Source: Oopsacas minuta
Lineage: Eukaryota; Animalia; Porifera
Length of the DNA stretch: 64,000 nt
NCBI GenBank assembly: GCA_024704765.1
Contig: JAKMXF010000321.1
Coordinates: 434,001 to 498,000, forward strand
Reading direction: 5' to 3'
The notes beneath the pieces are model-generated. The model ran no database searches, had not been told where the DNA came from, and was given only the letters and a program-made list of their open reading frames with translations. The translations under genes and the position numbers were made by a program. Positions 32,601-50,819 of this stretch are shown in pieces. Each line of letters opens with the position of its first letter. Position 1 is the stretch's first letter.

Positions 32601-34340
32601 AATGTTTGTATAGACGGATTTGCTTATACATTAGTAACTCCATTATTGACTGTATTCGCACTTGAATGCGTAGAGCTAGGTATTCCAGTGAAAATACATT
32701 ATGGGAACGACGTTGAATTGCCCGTAGATAAATTGAAAGATATCCCTGTAATTCCAAATATAGATATAATACAAACTTTAACAGAGAATAATGACCCCAG
32801 ACATCTATGGATATTAATTGGAACAGATCATAGACAGCTTAAACAGATTTTCTCTCTTATAAAGACAACTCATCAATGTATTTTCTTGTTATCCTATGCA
32901 GTATCGTTAATATTGGAGCACTCAGGGCTTAATATTACTAGAATATATAAGTTCATGGATTGTGTGTTTGTTTGTTCTTTTAATAAACATTTGCTTTATG
33001 TATCTTCTAAGGATGGATTCGATACAGAAAACTTGCCTTTCTCTCCAAGAATTTTTACTTCAGACACTCCGACCTCTCCAATAGTACCAATGGACATTAC
33101 ACCAGCAAAATCCACTGAAACCCAATTACCAGACAAGATTCGACTCAATATTATGCAAGATTCAATAATTGAAAATTCTTCTGTGAAAATTGATTTTAAT
33201 GATGTAGAAAACACAGATTTTGAATTGTCAGATTCTTGTAACGATTTATCCATACATAAAACTGTATTTCCTGAACTAAATCAGGAGTTTGTTGTTGCAT
33301 TAGAAGAAGCTTGTTTGCCTGAAAATTGTACTGAAAGTTCTACTAGATTAATTAATTTAACAGGTAACCATACTCCTGACATTCCTAATACAGATAATCT
33401 AGAAAGCAATGATGAATCTAATTTAAATATTATCTGTAATAATTCTGAAGATAATGATACTTGTATTGACAGTGATATTTTGAAGGTTGATAGTGAATTG
33501 CTGCAGAAAGAAAGCGATTGTTCAAAAATGGAAGAGAAATTATCTGAGAATAAAGAGGTTGACGAATCTCCTTTGAAAGAGACACAAATTTTGGCTGAAA
33601 GTTCTGCGACTACGAATACGATTTCAACAGAACAAGTTAATGAAAAGAACATATTGTCCACAGATTATATAACAAAACTAGTCTCAGAAGAGCTCTCAGA
33701 ATTATGCCCTGTAGCACTACCAGATAATACAATAATAGAATCAAATACTACCGAGCCTATAATAATATCACCCTCTGACCTCGGCATCCAATTAGTAACT
33801 TCTCCTTTGCAAGCAGGCCTCCATACAATCCTATACAGCACAGATACTACATACTACACCATTATAATACGTCATATAGCTGACGTATTGGATTGTCTAC
33901 GTAATACATTACAGGTTGTAATTACGTCTCAAAACCCTGATATTTGTTCTCAACTTTTAAAACTAGCTTCAATTCACTTACACACAGCCCGTGGATTCTT
34001 ATACAGGGCCGGTTCAATTCACAGTTTGTGTGATTACATTGTACAACAAGAATTACAGATTCTCTCTATTCCAGTTTCATCTCTCGTTTCTTTAATTCAA
34101 ACCGATTCCAGTCTGTTTCTAGATAATCATATTCTAGTTTATGTTGAGGACCCTAAAATCAAATATTTAGATAATCCTATTTTAATCAAAGTTCTGACGA
34201 AGAACATAGCTTTTCAATATATTTTCATATTACCAGACAAGAAACCAAGATTTGATAATTTCCAATCTCCTCATTGTGAAATCAAATTTTCTGATTTCTC
34301 AAAGAATAATGAAAGTTATTTTGTAGAATTTAATTTTTAG
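29670..34340 (+). CDS. Pseudo-helicase paralogue 3 (about 6 degenerate RecA1-like modules), 1556 aa
   Basis: Intronless ORF with internal repeats (LIQKHNI...RGESVVIDGF...LTCLLDYII and LVQKHNI...RGDSIAIEGF...LTCLLDYII) and the shared C-terminal module (VLDCLRNTLQVVI...ESYFVEF). Confidence 0.8.
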   Translation: MASWDSDFEFPDSLAKTTMDEMQLSQLSDKYAVNITTLKSICNTVNKYFINGRSILITEYPSALRTCILEHFIFKLLQLNSGKIILLHISEVEQVLIPTLNIKYSKLFGGVLTNTLDTTKRIFTISNDQYSHGLFTLIPELTRDKIVYFYTGNNSFNVSLMPGLLNVQNFILASKLLPSSACDIPYSFVHLFVGDHNLLHSNVYYLNPSKTKVNSENSDRKSTLSFPTTIQGSLCVPLAPIPAPTCTPIGAPIDISLNSLIQKHNIPEHTRVLEYLTCNTMECMARGESVVIDGFSLAVLTCLLDYIITKRLETTENCLRTLVDSTENFRYELSKLGVMQTTDFSYVTHDFDYSKRVLFIKLLTMRTPVLNSVLDNCILVSYTKTGCSLNKVRLFDGPIVSLTTSSKLLDRTLANITKTYTRLSHSEEVRYGVIDQIPVHTTRVVKQQFPGQYFRNLDQKLEEIINAEQDAITEPIIIPTVSTAPDTELLLGLVQKHNIIEDTCNLEYMISTVMECIERGDSIAIEGFDKNILTCLLDYIIVKRMESFRSPYLHTIIDSTKVIRKQLINLEIRSINGFNDSLSSPRQVLFTQLNLSNLHLLNSENKKLILINYTNYGDRFPILNLLPCLFVSLSHSRISKELLAKVSRPFLLITYLKDSKTVEYNRLNDFNVHIPNEPQKTSNCIMDTNVLPKKIDQLIDIDSLLLRLSNKYNCYLNSNVCSTVNYFIEEGESLIVDNFSQLQLLYIIDFVLTIKTFRRISFSETKTLILCSEEDLQTKLQVLDVIRSSQYSCINSDGTFDYNGKVLILHDISSKFGNILKERLKLDKSHLLIHLYKKPQGRFQRSFSLMNCNVLGLCVDRTELFPKKKTFIHLTQNEFDQLEVNDCRDNIKKTKSKNFNYPNDDKVTDDNKLKDTQSILTTSENLPPITNPLFLNKQNPITTLICQLFNKHQIELLYTDLPTELYNVTLTTLMDHRNVCIDGFAYTLVTPLLTVFALECVELGIPVKIHYGNDVELPVDKLKDIPVIPNIDIIQTLTENNDPRHLWILIGTDHRQLKQIFSLIKTTHQCIFLLSYAVSLILEHSGLNITRIYKFMDCVFVCSFNKHLLYVSSKDGFDTENLPFSPRIFTSDTPTSPIVPMDITPAKSTETQLPDKIRLNIMQDSIIENSSVKIDFNDVENTDFELSDSCNDLSIHKTVFPELNQEFVVALEEACLPENCTESSTRLINLTGNHTPDIPNTDNLESNDESNLNIICNNSEDNDTCIDSDILKVDSELLQKESDCSKMEEKLSENKEVDESPLKETQILAESSATTNTISTEQVNEKNILSTDYITKLVSEELSELCPVALPDNTIIESNTTEPIIISPSDLGIQLVTSPLQAGLHTILYSTDTTYYTIIIRHIADVLDCLRNTLQVVITSQNPDICSQLLKLASIHLHTARGFLYRAGSIHSLCDYIVQQELQILSIPVSSLVSLIQTDSSLFLDNHILVYVEDPKIKYLDNPILIKVLTKNIAFQYIFILPDKKPRFDNFQSPHCEIKFSDFSKNNESYFVEFNF

Positions 34341-34490
34341 AATTAATTAGTCAATTCCTAATTTGCTTGTATAATTATTGCTTCATATTATTCAGTGTAA
34401 TGATTATTATATGAATATTTAGATGAGCTCCTAGAAACGAAACTTATTAAATAATTTCTTTAGCTTAATTTAGATATTATTTTCAATATT

Positions 34491-37400
34491 ATGTCAACTA
34501 CTACCAATACTGATAAAGAACAAGCAATTCCAGCTAACATAATCTCGTGTAGTGAATTGGAGAATTTACCAGATAATTCTAGTATTCCCACTAACGAAGT
34601 TACACCGAATGTAAAGGAACAAATATTTAGTAATATTCCTACAGAACAAATTATACAAAACTTCCAAGAACTTAAACTTAACACTGAACTATATACGAAC
34701 CTAAAAGTTAACGGTTATGTCAAACCAACAGACATTCAATCACACATTCTATTCCCGTTAGTTCAAGGTAAATCAATGCTAATTGAATCTAAACCAGGGA
34801 CTGGTAAGCTAACCTCACTCTATATCTTATTACTACAACGCTGTAGACTCAGTAGCATGCGTATACAAGGTATTATCGTTACAGGAAATACGGTGTATTG
34901 TTCAACAATTGAAATGAATCTAAGCTTGCTATCAGAAGAAGTCACGGCGATTAACCTAGATGAACTTGAGGTCACTGACCCAGGAGAGGTAGCAGACCAC
35001 CAATTTATGATGGGAAGTGAGCAGAGCATTGCATTACTTTCCGGGGTAATTAACGTCATTAAAATACCTATAATACTATGTCTATACAATATTAATATAC
35101 AGCAGAGCGTTTTAATGGATAAAATAACTTCAAATTTGACAAAATTCAATCAGATCGTTATTATGAGAGATCAAACTATTACCATAGACTACAAATTGAT
35201 TACAAAACTCCTTACACAAAATGCAATGCATTTATCAGTTGATATGCAAATGTCTGGTCCTAGTCATTTAACGGGGATGTTTAAACAAATCCACCAGATA
35301 GAAACTATCCCCAAACCACAAGATAACAGTAAGCAAGATATCTCACCAGCAAATACAGAATATTCACCTGCAAAACAGGAACAAATCCAAGAAACGCCGA
35401 ATTTAGAAGTATTACGCAAACTCGAGTCAGGAGACAAGATAATTGAATTCTTCCTTAAACACGATTTATCATTAAAAGTCCCAACCTTTTATGTTTTCGT
35501 CTTCAACTATTTATTCAAAGGTTTGAGTGTTGTGCAAACAGGATACAAATCTGTTGAACGTATAAACTTAATAAGTTTAGTTGTAAAAGAGTTTGACAGA
35601 CATCTGACAGCTCCCGTACACGTAGTAATATGTCATGATGGTAAAGAATTCAAAGATTCTAAATTATTGGCAAACCCATCCGTGTACATTTTTCAAGATG
35701 AAGAAACATTAAATGATATTCCTAAAGACAAGACGATAATAATTGCATCAAGCTCGAAAACTTTATCAGTTCTCAAATCTTTCCCTAATTTATTCCACTC
35801 AACTGGTCGTATTATCGTCTTCTACAATATTTCCATTGGTAAATTCAAAGATATTACACAGCTATTTCCACAAGGGTTGCTGTTCCTTGCTATGCTTAAA
35901 TGTCAAATAGAATCAATAGCTGGTGATATTCAAATACCATTTGTAAATGTAGCAAAGCATGAAAATAACCTCAACATTGAGCCTTTCTCGGGAGCTAAGA
36001 TATCACCAGACGATTTGAGTTGTTTAGAAGAGCTTACTCGTGAGAAAACGAGTTTACCCCAGAAATTTAACACAAACCAAGATTTCCATAAATCCAGATT
36101 CCATACTACGAACAGAGAAGACCATAAGTTTGAAGATTCACGTACAATGCCGCGCGTCGTTAGTATAAATCTATTACAAACAATCTCAGCTAAACACGGG
36201 ATAAATCCTAAAGCAATCTTACCATTCTACCCAGAAGTATTCTCATTCTCTATTCGGGGAGATAATATTCTTCTAATTGGGTTCCAGCAGTCGGAATATT
36301 CGTCTATTGTTAATATAGTTAGTTTAGAGAGAGTTAGTAATAGTACTGAGCCTGGCTGTCAAGTACTAGTATACTATGGTTCTGGGGAAGAAGCAGATCT
36401 CTGTGATTATCCTAATTGTAAACGTCTGCTGTCTGGAAATGAGAATTCTATCTTAGACATATGTCCGTTAGTTAGTGTTGATACTATACGGGATATAACA
36501 CGTTTGTATACCAAGCAAAATGCGAAATTTTACGCCCTTAAGAAGTTAATTGTTCTCGTGGGAGTAACACTTGATGAGTGTATTGAGATAATTTCTAATC
36601 AGATACCGTGTCAGCTGATATTCATTTTGACTGATATTCCAACTGATGACCATTTTAATGATTTACCCGTTTCATTTGTGAGATTTCTAAATCACAACAA
36701 TTCTGTTAAGATTGAGAAAGTTGGACAAGATGATTCTCTGTTAACTGACGAAAATACACAAGAATCTTCTCCCGAATTGGTTAATGAATCACCATCAGAT
36801 ATCCCAGATACAATCGATAATACATCTAAGCCTGTTCGCCCCACACAACAAACATCTATGGACAACGAATTTCCTCAACAAACAACCTCATTAGCGCGAG
36901 CTATACTTGTCAGAAATAATGAGACAGTAGTAGTTGATAATATGGAATTTTTCACTACAGCATTATCCCATACAATTGGTGGAAATAATATTCTAATACG
37001 CGAATTCTCCAAGGAAATTATCACTAGCTTTGTAACGATATTATACCAAGATTACTGTGTTAATATCCCAGGCAATGACTATGTGCTATTCTGTCTTGGT
37101 TCACGAATATCCGATTTATTTTTGCCATCATTTAAGTGTCCATCTTCTCTCTGGCTCCAGAACGATAAAAACATCTCCGTACAGCCCAATTTTCAAAAAG
37201 AAGCATATTTTCTAACAATTACCAGACTCCTAAATATGATACACACAGAACTTGAATGTTTAGTAAATCGAACTTGGCTGATAGTATTCATTGGTCTTTC
37301 ACATAAAGAAATTGAATCATGTATCCCATACATTCCCCTCTCCAATCAGTATTTGTTTATCCTAAGCATAGAACATCCTCAGTTTAAGAAGTTCATGTCA

Positions 37401-38192
37401 GCACCATACGTGGTTATAAGGAAAACACGTAGAAAACTAGTCACAACTGAATGGGTGCATAAAAGTAAAATGAAATCATTCAAAACTGAATACAAACAAA
37501 CAAATTCTATTCAACAATATGATAATAATGTCGAAACAACAACCACAACAACGATTCCACCTACGCAGGATTCCAAGGAAAATAATCGAGCGTTAGCATT
37601 ACATGCAATAGCTTCATCAATATTAAACTCTGGAAAGCATGTATTACTGCAAGCAACAAGATCATCCGGTAAAACTACATTAGCATTTGATTACTCAATT
37701 TATAATATAGACAGAAATAGCAAATGTGTTCAAGTTATATTTAGTTCTCCGAGTATTTTTAAGAGCGTTAAGCTATTCACTGATCTTAATCAGTATTTGA
37801 AACGTAATAATGAGACTGAAGTGAAAGCTTTTTTGCATGCAAAAGGCGATTCGTCACAATTATCTGCTTACCTTGAAAATATTGGTTTTCATGTTCTCGT
37901 GACGACTAATGACAGTCTGAGTAAATTAATAAAAGAATCGAGTATTATCCATGCATGTGGTCTAATAGTGTTTGACGAGTTATACTCCAATGCAGACGTA
38001 GACCAGGTAACTGCAATGTTGCCAACTTTATTTCATGACTCTATACCTCGTGGTATACAATGTATCTTTATAACAAGTTCGTCAGAAGATGTAACAAAAC
38101 TCTTACGGTTTATTCCAATGTCGTTTTTCTATATTCATTCTACTCGTGAAACTCTCCAGAAATCTACTTATTCCATAGATTGTTATTTTTGA
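34491..38192 (+). CDS. Pseudo-helicase paralogue 4 (about 5 modules), 1233 aa
   Basis: N-terminal FQELKL...GYVKPTDIQ...GTGKL is an eIF4A/DDX19-like Q motif plus broken Walker A. Last module has ATRSSGKT and FDELY. No motif VI anywhere. Confidence 0.8.
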   Translation: MSTTTNTDKEQAIPANIISCSELENLPDNSSIPTNEVTPNVKEQIFSNIPTEQIIQNFQELKLNTELYTNLKVNGYVKPTDIQSHILFPLVQGKSMLIESKPGTGKLTSLYILLLQRCRLSSMRIQGIIVTGNTVYCSTIEMNLSLLSEEVTAINLDELEVTDPGEVADHQFMMGSEQSIALLSGVINVIKIPIILCLYNINIQQSVLMDKITSNLTKFNQIVIMRDQTITIDYKLITKLLTQNAMHLSVDMQMSGPSHLTGMFKQIHQIETIPKPQDNSKQDISPANTEYSPAKQEQIQETPNLEVLRKLESGDKIIEFFLKHDLSLKVPTFYVFVFNYLFKGLSVVQTGYKSVERINLISLVVKEFDRHLTAPVHVVICHDGKEFKDSKLLANPSVYIFQDEETLNDIPKDKTIIIASSSKTLSVLKSFPNLFHSTGRIIVFYNISIGKFKDITQLFPQGLLFLAMLKCQIESIAGDIQIPFVNVAKHENNLNIEPFSGAKISPDDLSCLEELTREKTSLPQKFNTNQDFHKSRFHTTNREDHKFEDSRTMPRVVSINLLQTISAKHGINPKAILPFYPEVFSFSIRGDNILLIGFQQSEYSSIVNIVSLERVSNSTEPGCQVLVYYGSGEEADLCDYPNCKRLLSGNENSILDICPLVSVDTIRDITRLYTKQNAKFYALKKLIVLVGVTLDECIEIISNQIPCQLIFILTDIPTDDHFNDLPVSFVRFLNHNNSVKIEKVGQDDSLLTDENTQESSPELVNESPSDIPDTIDNTSKPVRPTQQTSMDNEFPQQTTSLARAILVRNNETVVVDNMEFFTTALSHTIGGNNILIREFSKEIITSFVTILYQDYCVNIPGNDYVLFCLGSRISDLFLPSFKCPSSLWLQNDKNISVQPNFQKEAYFLTITRLLNMIHTELECLVNRTWLIVFIGLSHKEIESCIPYIPLSNQYLFILSIEHPQFKKFMSAPYVVIRKTRRKLVTTEWVHKSKMKSFKTEYKQTNSIQQYDNNVETTTTTTIPPTQDSKENNRALALHAIASSILNSGKHVLLQATRSSGKTTLAFDYSIYNIDRNSKCVQVIFSSPSIFKSVKLFTDLNQYLKRNNETEVKAFLHAKGDSSQLSAYLENIGFHVLVTTNDSLSKLIKESSIIHACGLIVFDELYSNADVDQVTAMLPTLFHDSIPRGIQCIFITSSSEDVTKLLRFIPMSFFYIHSTRETLQKSTYSIDCYF

Positions 38193-39287
38193 TATTTTGT
38201 ATTGCGTATTGAGCTTTGAATTTATAGTATTTCTACGATTCCACTAATAGCCCAGAATATTCAATATTATAACTGATCTACGTAGTTTTATCATTATTAA
38301 ATGAAATAGTAATAATAGAATACACGAGGTGGAAATACGAGATTCTCATTATGAAAGTATTTATTATTTATAATTATTTCATTAGACACGAGGACATTAA
38401 TCTACATTAACTGGAATGGTTGTGGAACTATAATGATATAATTGCTTCCACTTTCATTGTGAATTCATGCTTACTTATCTGATTATTATATCCAAAGAAA
38501 AACTTTCAATTCTATTAATTTGTAAATTATTGAGAAACAAACATTTTCCGAACTCGATTATTTACTGACTTAGGTTTGTTGTCAAAGCAAACTACAGTCA
38601 ACTCTCGTCAATACGAATACGGTCAACAGGTATTCTACAATATACACCTTATAAAGTAGTTCTCGGTTACTTTAAACTCGGTTTAAGACGTACTTCTCTT
38701 GTACGTACTATTTTTGTTCCCCCGAGGGGTTACGTCTTATCCGAGTTCTACTATACAGCCGAACGTCTGAGGTCTGGGCATTGTCTTCCGGAGGGTTCCC
38801 AACCCTGTTTAGGGAGGTACTCAGATGTCAGGCTGTATTTCAATGAATATTACTTGAGTTAATACATATTACGAACATGCGGATAGGGAATACATATTCC
38901 TGCTATCTGATTAAAGTAAGGATATTGAAAGCTGTATGTGTGATCGGAGTTACCTATTACTGTTCGTTAACTTAAATACAATAAATCAGGTGATTCAAGT
39001 AAGGGCATTTATCTGAAATACTCTTACTTTATCATGAAAGTATTCAGGAGCCTCGCGTTCTGTAGAATGATACCCACGGGTTGTAACGATTGTATAAAGT
39101 TCATCGAAAGAGTAACATTTATCTATTTAACAAAAGGTTATTTCCAGTTTCTTATTAAGCAGAATAGTGCTTATAGTTACATCATATCGAAAGTGAATTT
39201 ATCAGTAATACACAATATTAATTGCCAGCCAATTCTGTATTAGTATAAATAAACTTGTATAAATATATCTCAAATCAAAGGAATTTA

Positions 39288-40094
39288 ATGGATACAATCC
39301 TACCAAGAGGTCCTCAATGCGATGATACACAGTACCATCAAGACATGAATTATGCGCATACTGTTATGACAAGGAAATCGAATGAGAAAACAATTTCCGA
39401 AGATCGTCCAGATTATATACACAAGAGAAAACCAACTCCACGCATCGTACAGGAAGAAATTAAATCAGATCAAATTTATGTAAATGTGAAATCTGGTAGT
39501 ACTGAAGAGCAGTTAGGTCTTAGTCAAGAGATATACACTTTAAAAATAAATATTCATCAGTTGATAAAAGATAAAGAAGAACTTAAAGACCAAATACATT
39601 TGTTGAAAGATCAAAATTCTGAGTTAAGTTCCAAATTAACAAATCAGGCTATAAGTGACCTGAAAAGTTACGAAGAAGAGAAACGACAATGGAAGTTGGA
39701 TCGAGAAGGTCTAGAAAATACAATTAGTCTGTGTAAAGGATATATTCGATGCCAAGATGAAGATAAATTACACCAAGGAGAAAAGATTTCAATGTTAGAA
39801 ATAGCCCTGAAAGCACATCATTCATCTCCTGAATATGCTTACAATCCTCGCGATGCAATGTATTCTAGTCATAGCAATACTATACAGCAATACCGTGGAC
39901 ATACCTCTGATATCCCAACCTATGGGAAGCCAGGATCTTCACCTGCCTATCACTCTGCTTATTCGCATTCTCATCATACGACAGTACCTCTTGTATATGA
40001 CCCAAACTTAACTTGTGATCACTGCGGATCTAAATTCTTATATGATGAAATACAGAAGTTGAGAGAACATTTAAATACTATGCATCCAAACTGA
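39288..40094 (+). CDS. Coiled-coil protein with C-terminal C2H2/UBZ-like zinc finger
   Basis: Central heptad-rich segment; terminal CDHCGSKFLYDEIQKLREHLNTMH. First ATG 39288. Confidence 0.65.
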   Translation: MDTILPRGPQCDDTQYHQDMNYAHTVMTRKSNEKTISEDRPDYIHKRKPTPRIVQEEIKSDQIYVNVKSGSTEEQLGLSQEIYTLKINIHQLIKDKEELKDQIHLLKDQNSELSSKLTNQAISDLKSYEEEKRQWKLDREGLENTISLCKGYIRCQDEDKLHQGEKISMLEIALKAHHSSPEYAYNPRDAMYSSHSNTIQQYRGHTSDIPTYGKPGSSPAYHSAYSHSHHTTVPLVYDPNLTCDHCGSKFLYDEIQKLREHLNTMHPN

Positions 40095-40564
40095 TTGAGT
40101 TCATGTTCGTGTTGCGTTGTGTTTCTGTGTTTCCTCATTTTTGGTTATAATGAGAAAAGTCTATTGTAATCATAAAATAATACATATGATACTCTGTTTA
40201 TGATAATTATTAAAACATGAAAAGTAGAATATAATTATATCGAAACAAATACCTTGGTTAATATCGTATTTTTTCGAAACATGATTAATCATATGATGGA
40301 CCTGAAAATAAGATAATATCCGAATCTTTTTGTTATTAAGCGAGTTGCTAATAAGAGAACTACACTTTATTTATTATTGAACTATAACGCATTATTTATT
40401 ATCAAACAACAAAATTACATTTCGTGCGTCATACAAAATGTTGAATATCTGTAATTTCTTATGCTACCAGAAACGAATATCTACACTCTTATAATACTAA
40501 TTCTTGCACTCAATTTTTAAAATTCATACTCAAAACTAACACATATTATTTATCATACAAATAA

Positions 40565-47948
<7,384 letters not shown>

Positions 47949-48688
47949 CCATGGAAACAATCAGATAACGTAGAATAATGGTAGGAATGATTCAGTGAAT
48001 TAGGACAATAAATTTATAGAAACCAAACCTCACTTATAGCAGATCTAACTCTACTAACTCGATTTAGTAACTATTCCAATTTATAACTAATAATAGTATA
48101 TTTTCTATGTCTTTAATTGCTTTTCACGAATACTTTGATTTATATTCACTTGCTATAGTTAGATCCAAATATTGTTAAGGGAAAGTTCTCCACTGTACTT
48201 TTTCTAGTTAATGTGTTCCCAATTGCTTCACTAAATCAGCCAACAAACGAACTATCATACTTTAGTCTATCCGACATCTGTTTTATCCATAAGTACTGTC
48301 ATAATCTTATTGTTGTGCTATAATTGCTATTCTGTGTCATAAGAAAGATTTGTTGCAAAAATTCCTGTAGAATAAATAATAAAATATTTTATTAACTCAT
48401 TGGCTAGCAAAGCAAATCTTTACTATTTTATTATTAATCTAATTATAATCTCGTTAACACACGATTTCGTAAACTTTAATTTCCTCAAATTTCACTTAGT
48501 CGATATTTTGTTACAGGAAGCTTTTCCAATTTACAGTAGACTATTTGATTATTGATCTACTATACATATTATTTTACTTTATTTTCTTCAACGTATATTT
48601 GCTTTACAATTCTTCCCAGCTTACATAGAATAGCTAATAGATATTTTTTCCTTTTACACTACACAGAAATAGACTATCCTCTCAACAA

Positions 48689-50455
48689 ATGGTGAGTTAT
48701 TATCAGATTTTTGTTACAGTGTAATCTCCACAAACCAGGGACGCCGACGAATGATACCTCGTATATGGAGGTTCATTTGTATGGGACTGGGAATACGCTC
48801 TATTTATTTTTTACTCCGTTACCAGAATATTCGGTTTACACAGTCCCGTTTGTGGAGGTTACACTGTATATGGTATGATTATATTTAATATAGCCAATCC
48901 ACCTTTGAATACGGTGTTCCTAACTTCCTTATACAACATTACTACTTATCGGCAATTACCTGTGCTGACTGTGCTATTATATACTTTACTAATTGACTTC
49001 CTCAATATTCATTGTAAAATTGAAGGTGTTGAGGTAATTAAAGTTTATTCATTCAATTGTTCTACGATTTAGTCCGCATTCAGAAAGTTCTTACCCCTGT
49101 TCGATCGAGTTTTGGTTAGAAGAGCTGCTCTCGAGACGGTGAGTATTTCTCTACATCACAAGTGTTTAATATTTATCATCTGGTGTGAATTGTTCATATT
49201 TGTTCAATTGAACATCTGTAGTATACCTACCTTACACCAAAATTTGGTTTAAAGTAATTTTCCATAAATTAGCTACTTTGTTATGGTTTAAGTCTCGTGT
49301 TTTTTGGTCGTCAAGAACTACTTCGATCACCACATCAAAGGAAATTAATAACTTACTGAATTATTGACTTGTTATGAATTTGAAATTATCAGGTATTTAA
49401 CCCTTCAGATCTCAGTTTCAATATATTACACAAGTCTATGTGTCGAATTAAGTTATGTTCCTCACTATACGGTACATTCTTCTCCGAAATCTTAGCTTAC
49501 AACGTAAAATTATTGCTTTGTTAGCAGCATGCATAATAAGTTCTATAATTGTTCGAATTAATTTACAATATTAAACTTCCAGGATGTGGCTTAGTAATAA
49601 TGTTAGTAATTATTTATCTAATTGATATCTTGCTGCATGTTATTCGTTTGATCTCTGATTTTAGCAAACTAAAGGTGGACTCTTTATTCCAGAGAAAGCT
49701 CAGTCTAAAACGAATAGAGCAACTGTCCTAGCTGTCGGACCTGGAAAGAGAAATGAAGTACGTTAGCATTTCATAAAACAGTGGCGTTCGCCTATTACTA
49801 TGAGCAATATTGGCCTAATAGCAATTTTTCAGGGACTTATAGTCTATTTTGCATTTGAAAAATCTCCTAATGCAAGTTCGCGTATTACCACTGTATTTAT
49901 ATTTCAGCTACTTCTTCTTAACTAATACTCCATGATAATAATCTCCATAGCATTTGTATTAAATTTAGTTCGCTTAATTTTGATTTTTCAGGAGTTAAGT
50001 ATTAGTTTTTGCCTTTCAAAGAAGTTTAATGATATTTATTTGGGCTTTAGAATGGCAAGTATATTCCATTGTCAGTCGCAATGGGAGAAGATGTCCTCAT
50101 ACCTGAGTATGGAGGTACAAAGATTACACTACAAGATGAAGTGAGTTCATATTTTCACATTCAACTAAGATATTCATACTACAGTGAAACTCGGATAAGA
50201 CCTAGTACTTACTATCCCAGTGTTACGTCTTATCTGAATAGGGATTGTATTATGATGGATGGGAACTAAATTTGATTTGAAAGAAGTACATACAATGGAA
50301 CCCTTTAATACGAACACCAGTTCACATTAATGAAGTTGCACTGTAGTACGTCTTATCCTTGTTCTACTGTAATTATGTAATTATACATCTGTTCTTCCTA
50401 GGAATTCACTTTATTTCGAGATTCAGACTTTCTCGGCAAATTCTCCCCATCCTAA
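48689..50455 (+). CDS. HSPE1: Mitochondrial co-chaperonin HSP10, 5 exons, 101 aa
   Basis: Exons 48689-48691 (ATG only, followed by gtgagt), 49073-49138, 49665-49757, 50051-50140, 50402-50455 give MSAFRKFLPLFDRVLV...TKGGLFIPEK...VLIPEYGGTK...LFRDSDFLGKF. Confidence 0.95.
48717..48866. mobile_element. MITE family D (TIR CAGTGxAAxCTCCACAAAC)
   Basis: Shorter copies at 11360-11429 and 29450-29523 share CCCGTTTG(T/C)GGAGGxTxCACT; mostly TA flanks. Confidence 0.75.
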
Positions 50456-50718
50456 TCTATCACTAGCTGAATTTACTAATTTTAGAAGACTGATCTAACG
50501 CCGAAGTACGAGTAGGATCATTACCTGCAACCCGTTGCACTAATAGTAAGAACTTTGAATTACCAATAGAGCTAGCTGATGGGTTTAATTTTGTATTCTA
50601 GAGCATTCAATTTATATTACTTATTAGTAGTACTTTCATACATACATATATATATATATATCCTCTTCCGTAACGTACAGTCAGCTCCAGTTATATAGAA
50701 CACGAATATATCTTAATA

Positions 50719-50819
50719 CAGTGGAATCTCCCAAAACGGACACTCCGAGAAGCGGACAATCCCTCTACGACGGACAGAAGCGATGTCCCCAACTTGTCCG
50801 GTATTCGGAGACTCAACTG
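50719..50819. mobile_element. Internally deleted family C MITE inserted into a family A MITE
   Basis: TA|cagtggaatctc...gagactcaactg|TA inside 50678-50947. Confidence 0.82.

Noticed and set aside
34341-34490. Readthrough or splicing joining the 1556-aa and 1233-aa ORFs into one protein
   Set aside because: Each ends with the same terminal module as the other paralogues, the spacer has multiple stops, and no suitable donor is evident.
48178-48192. GAAagTTC as a heat-shock element upstream of HSP10
   Set aside because: Only two nGAAn units; expected by chance.
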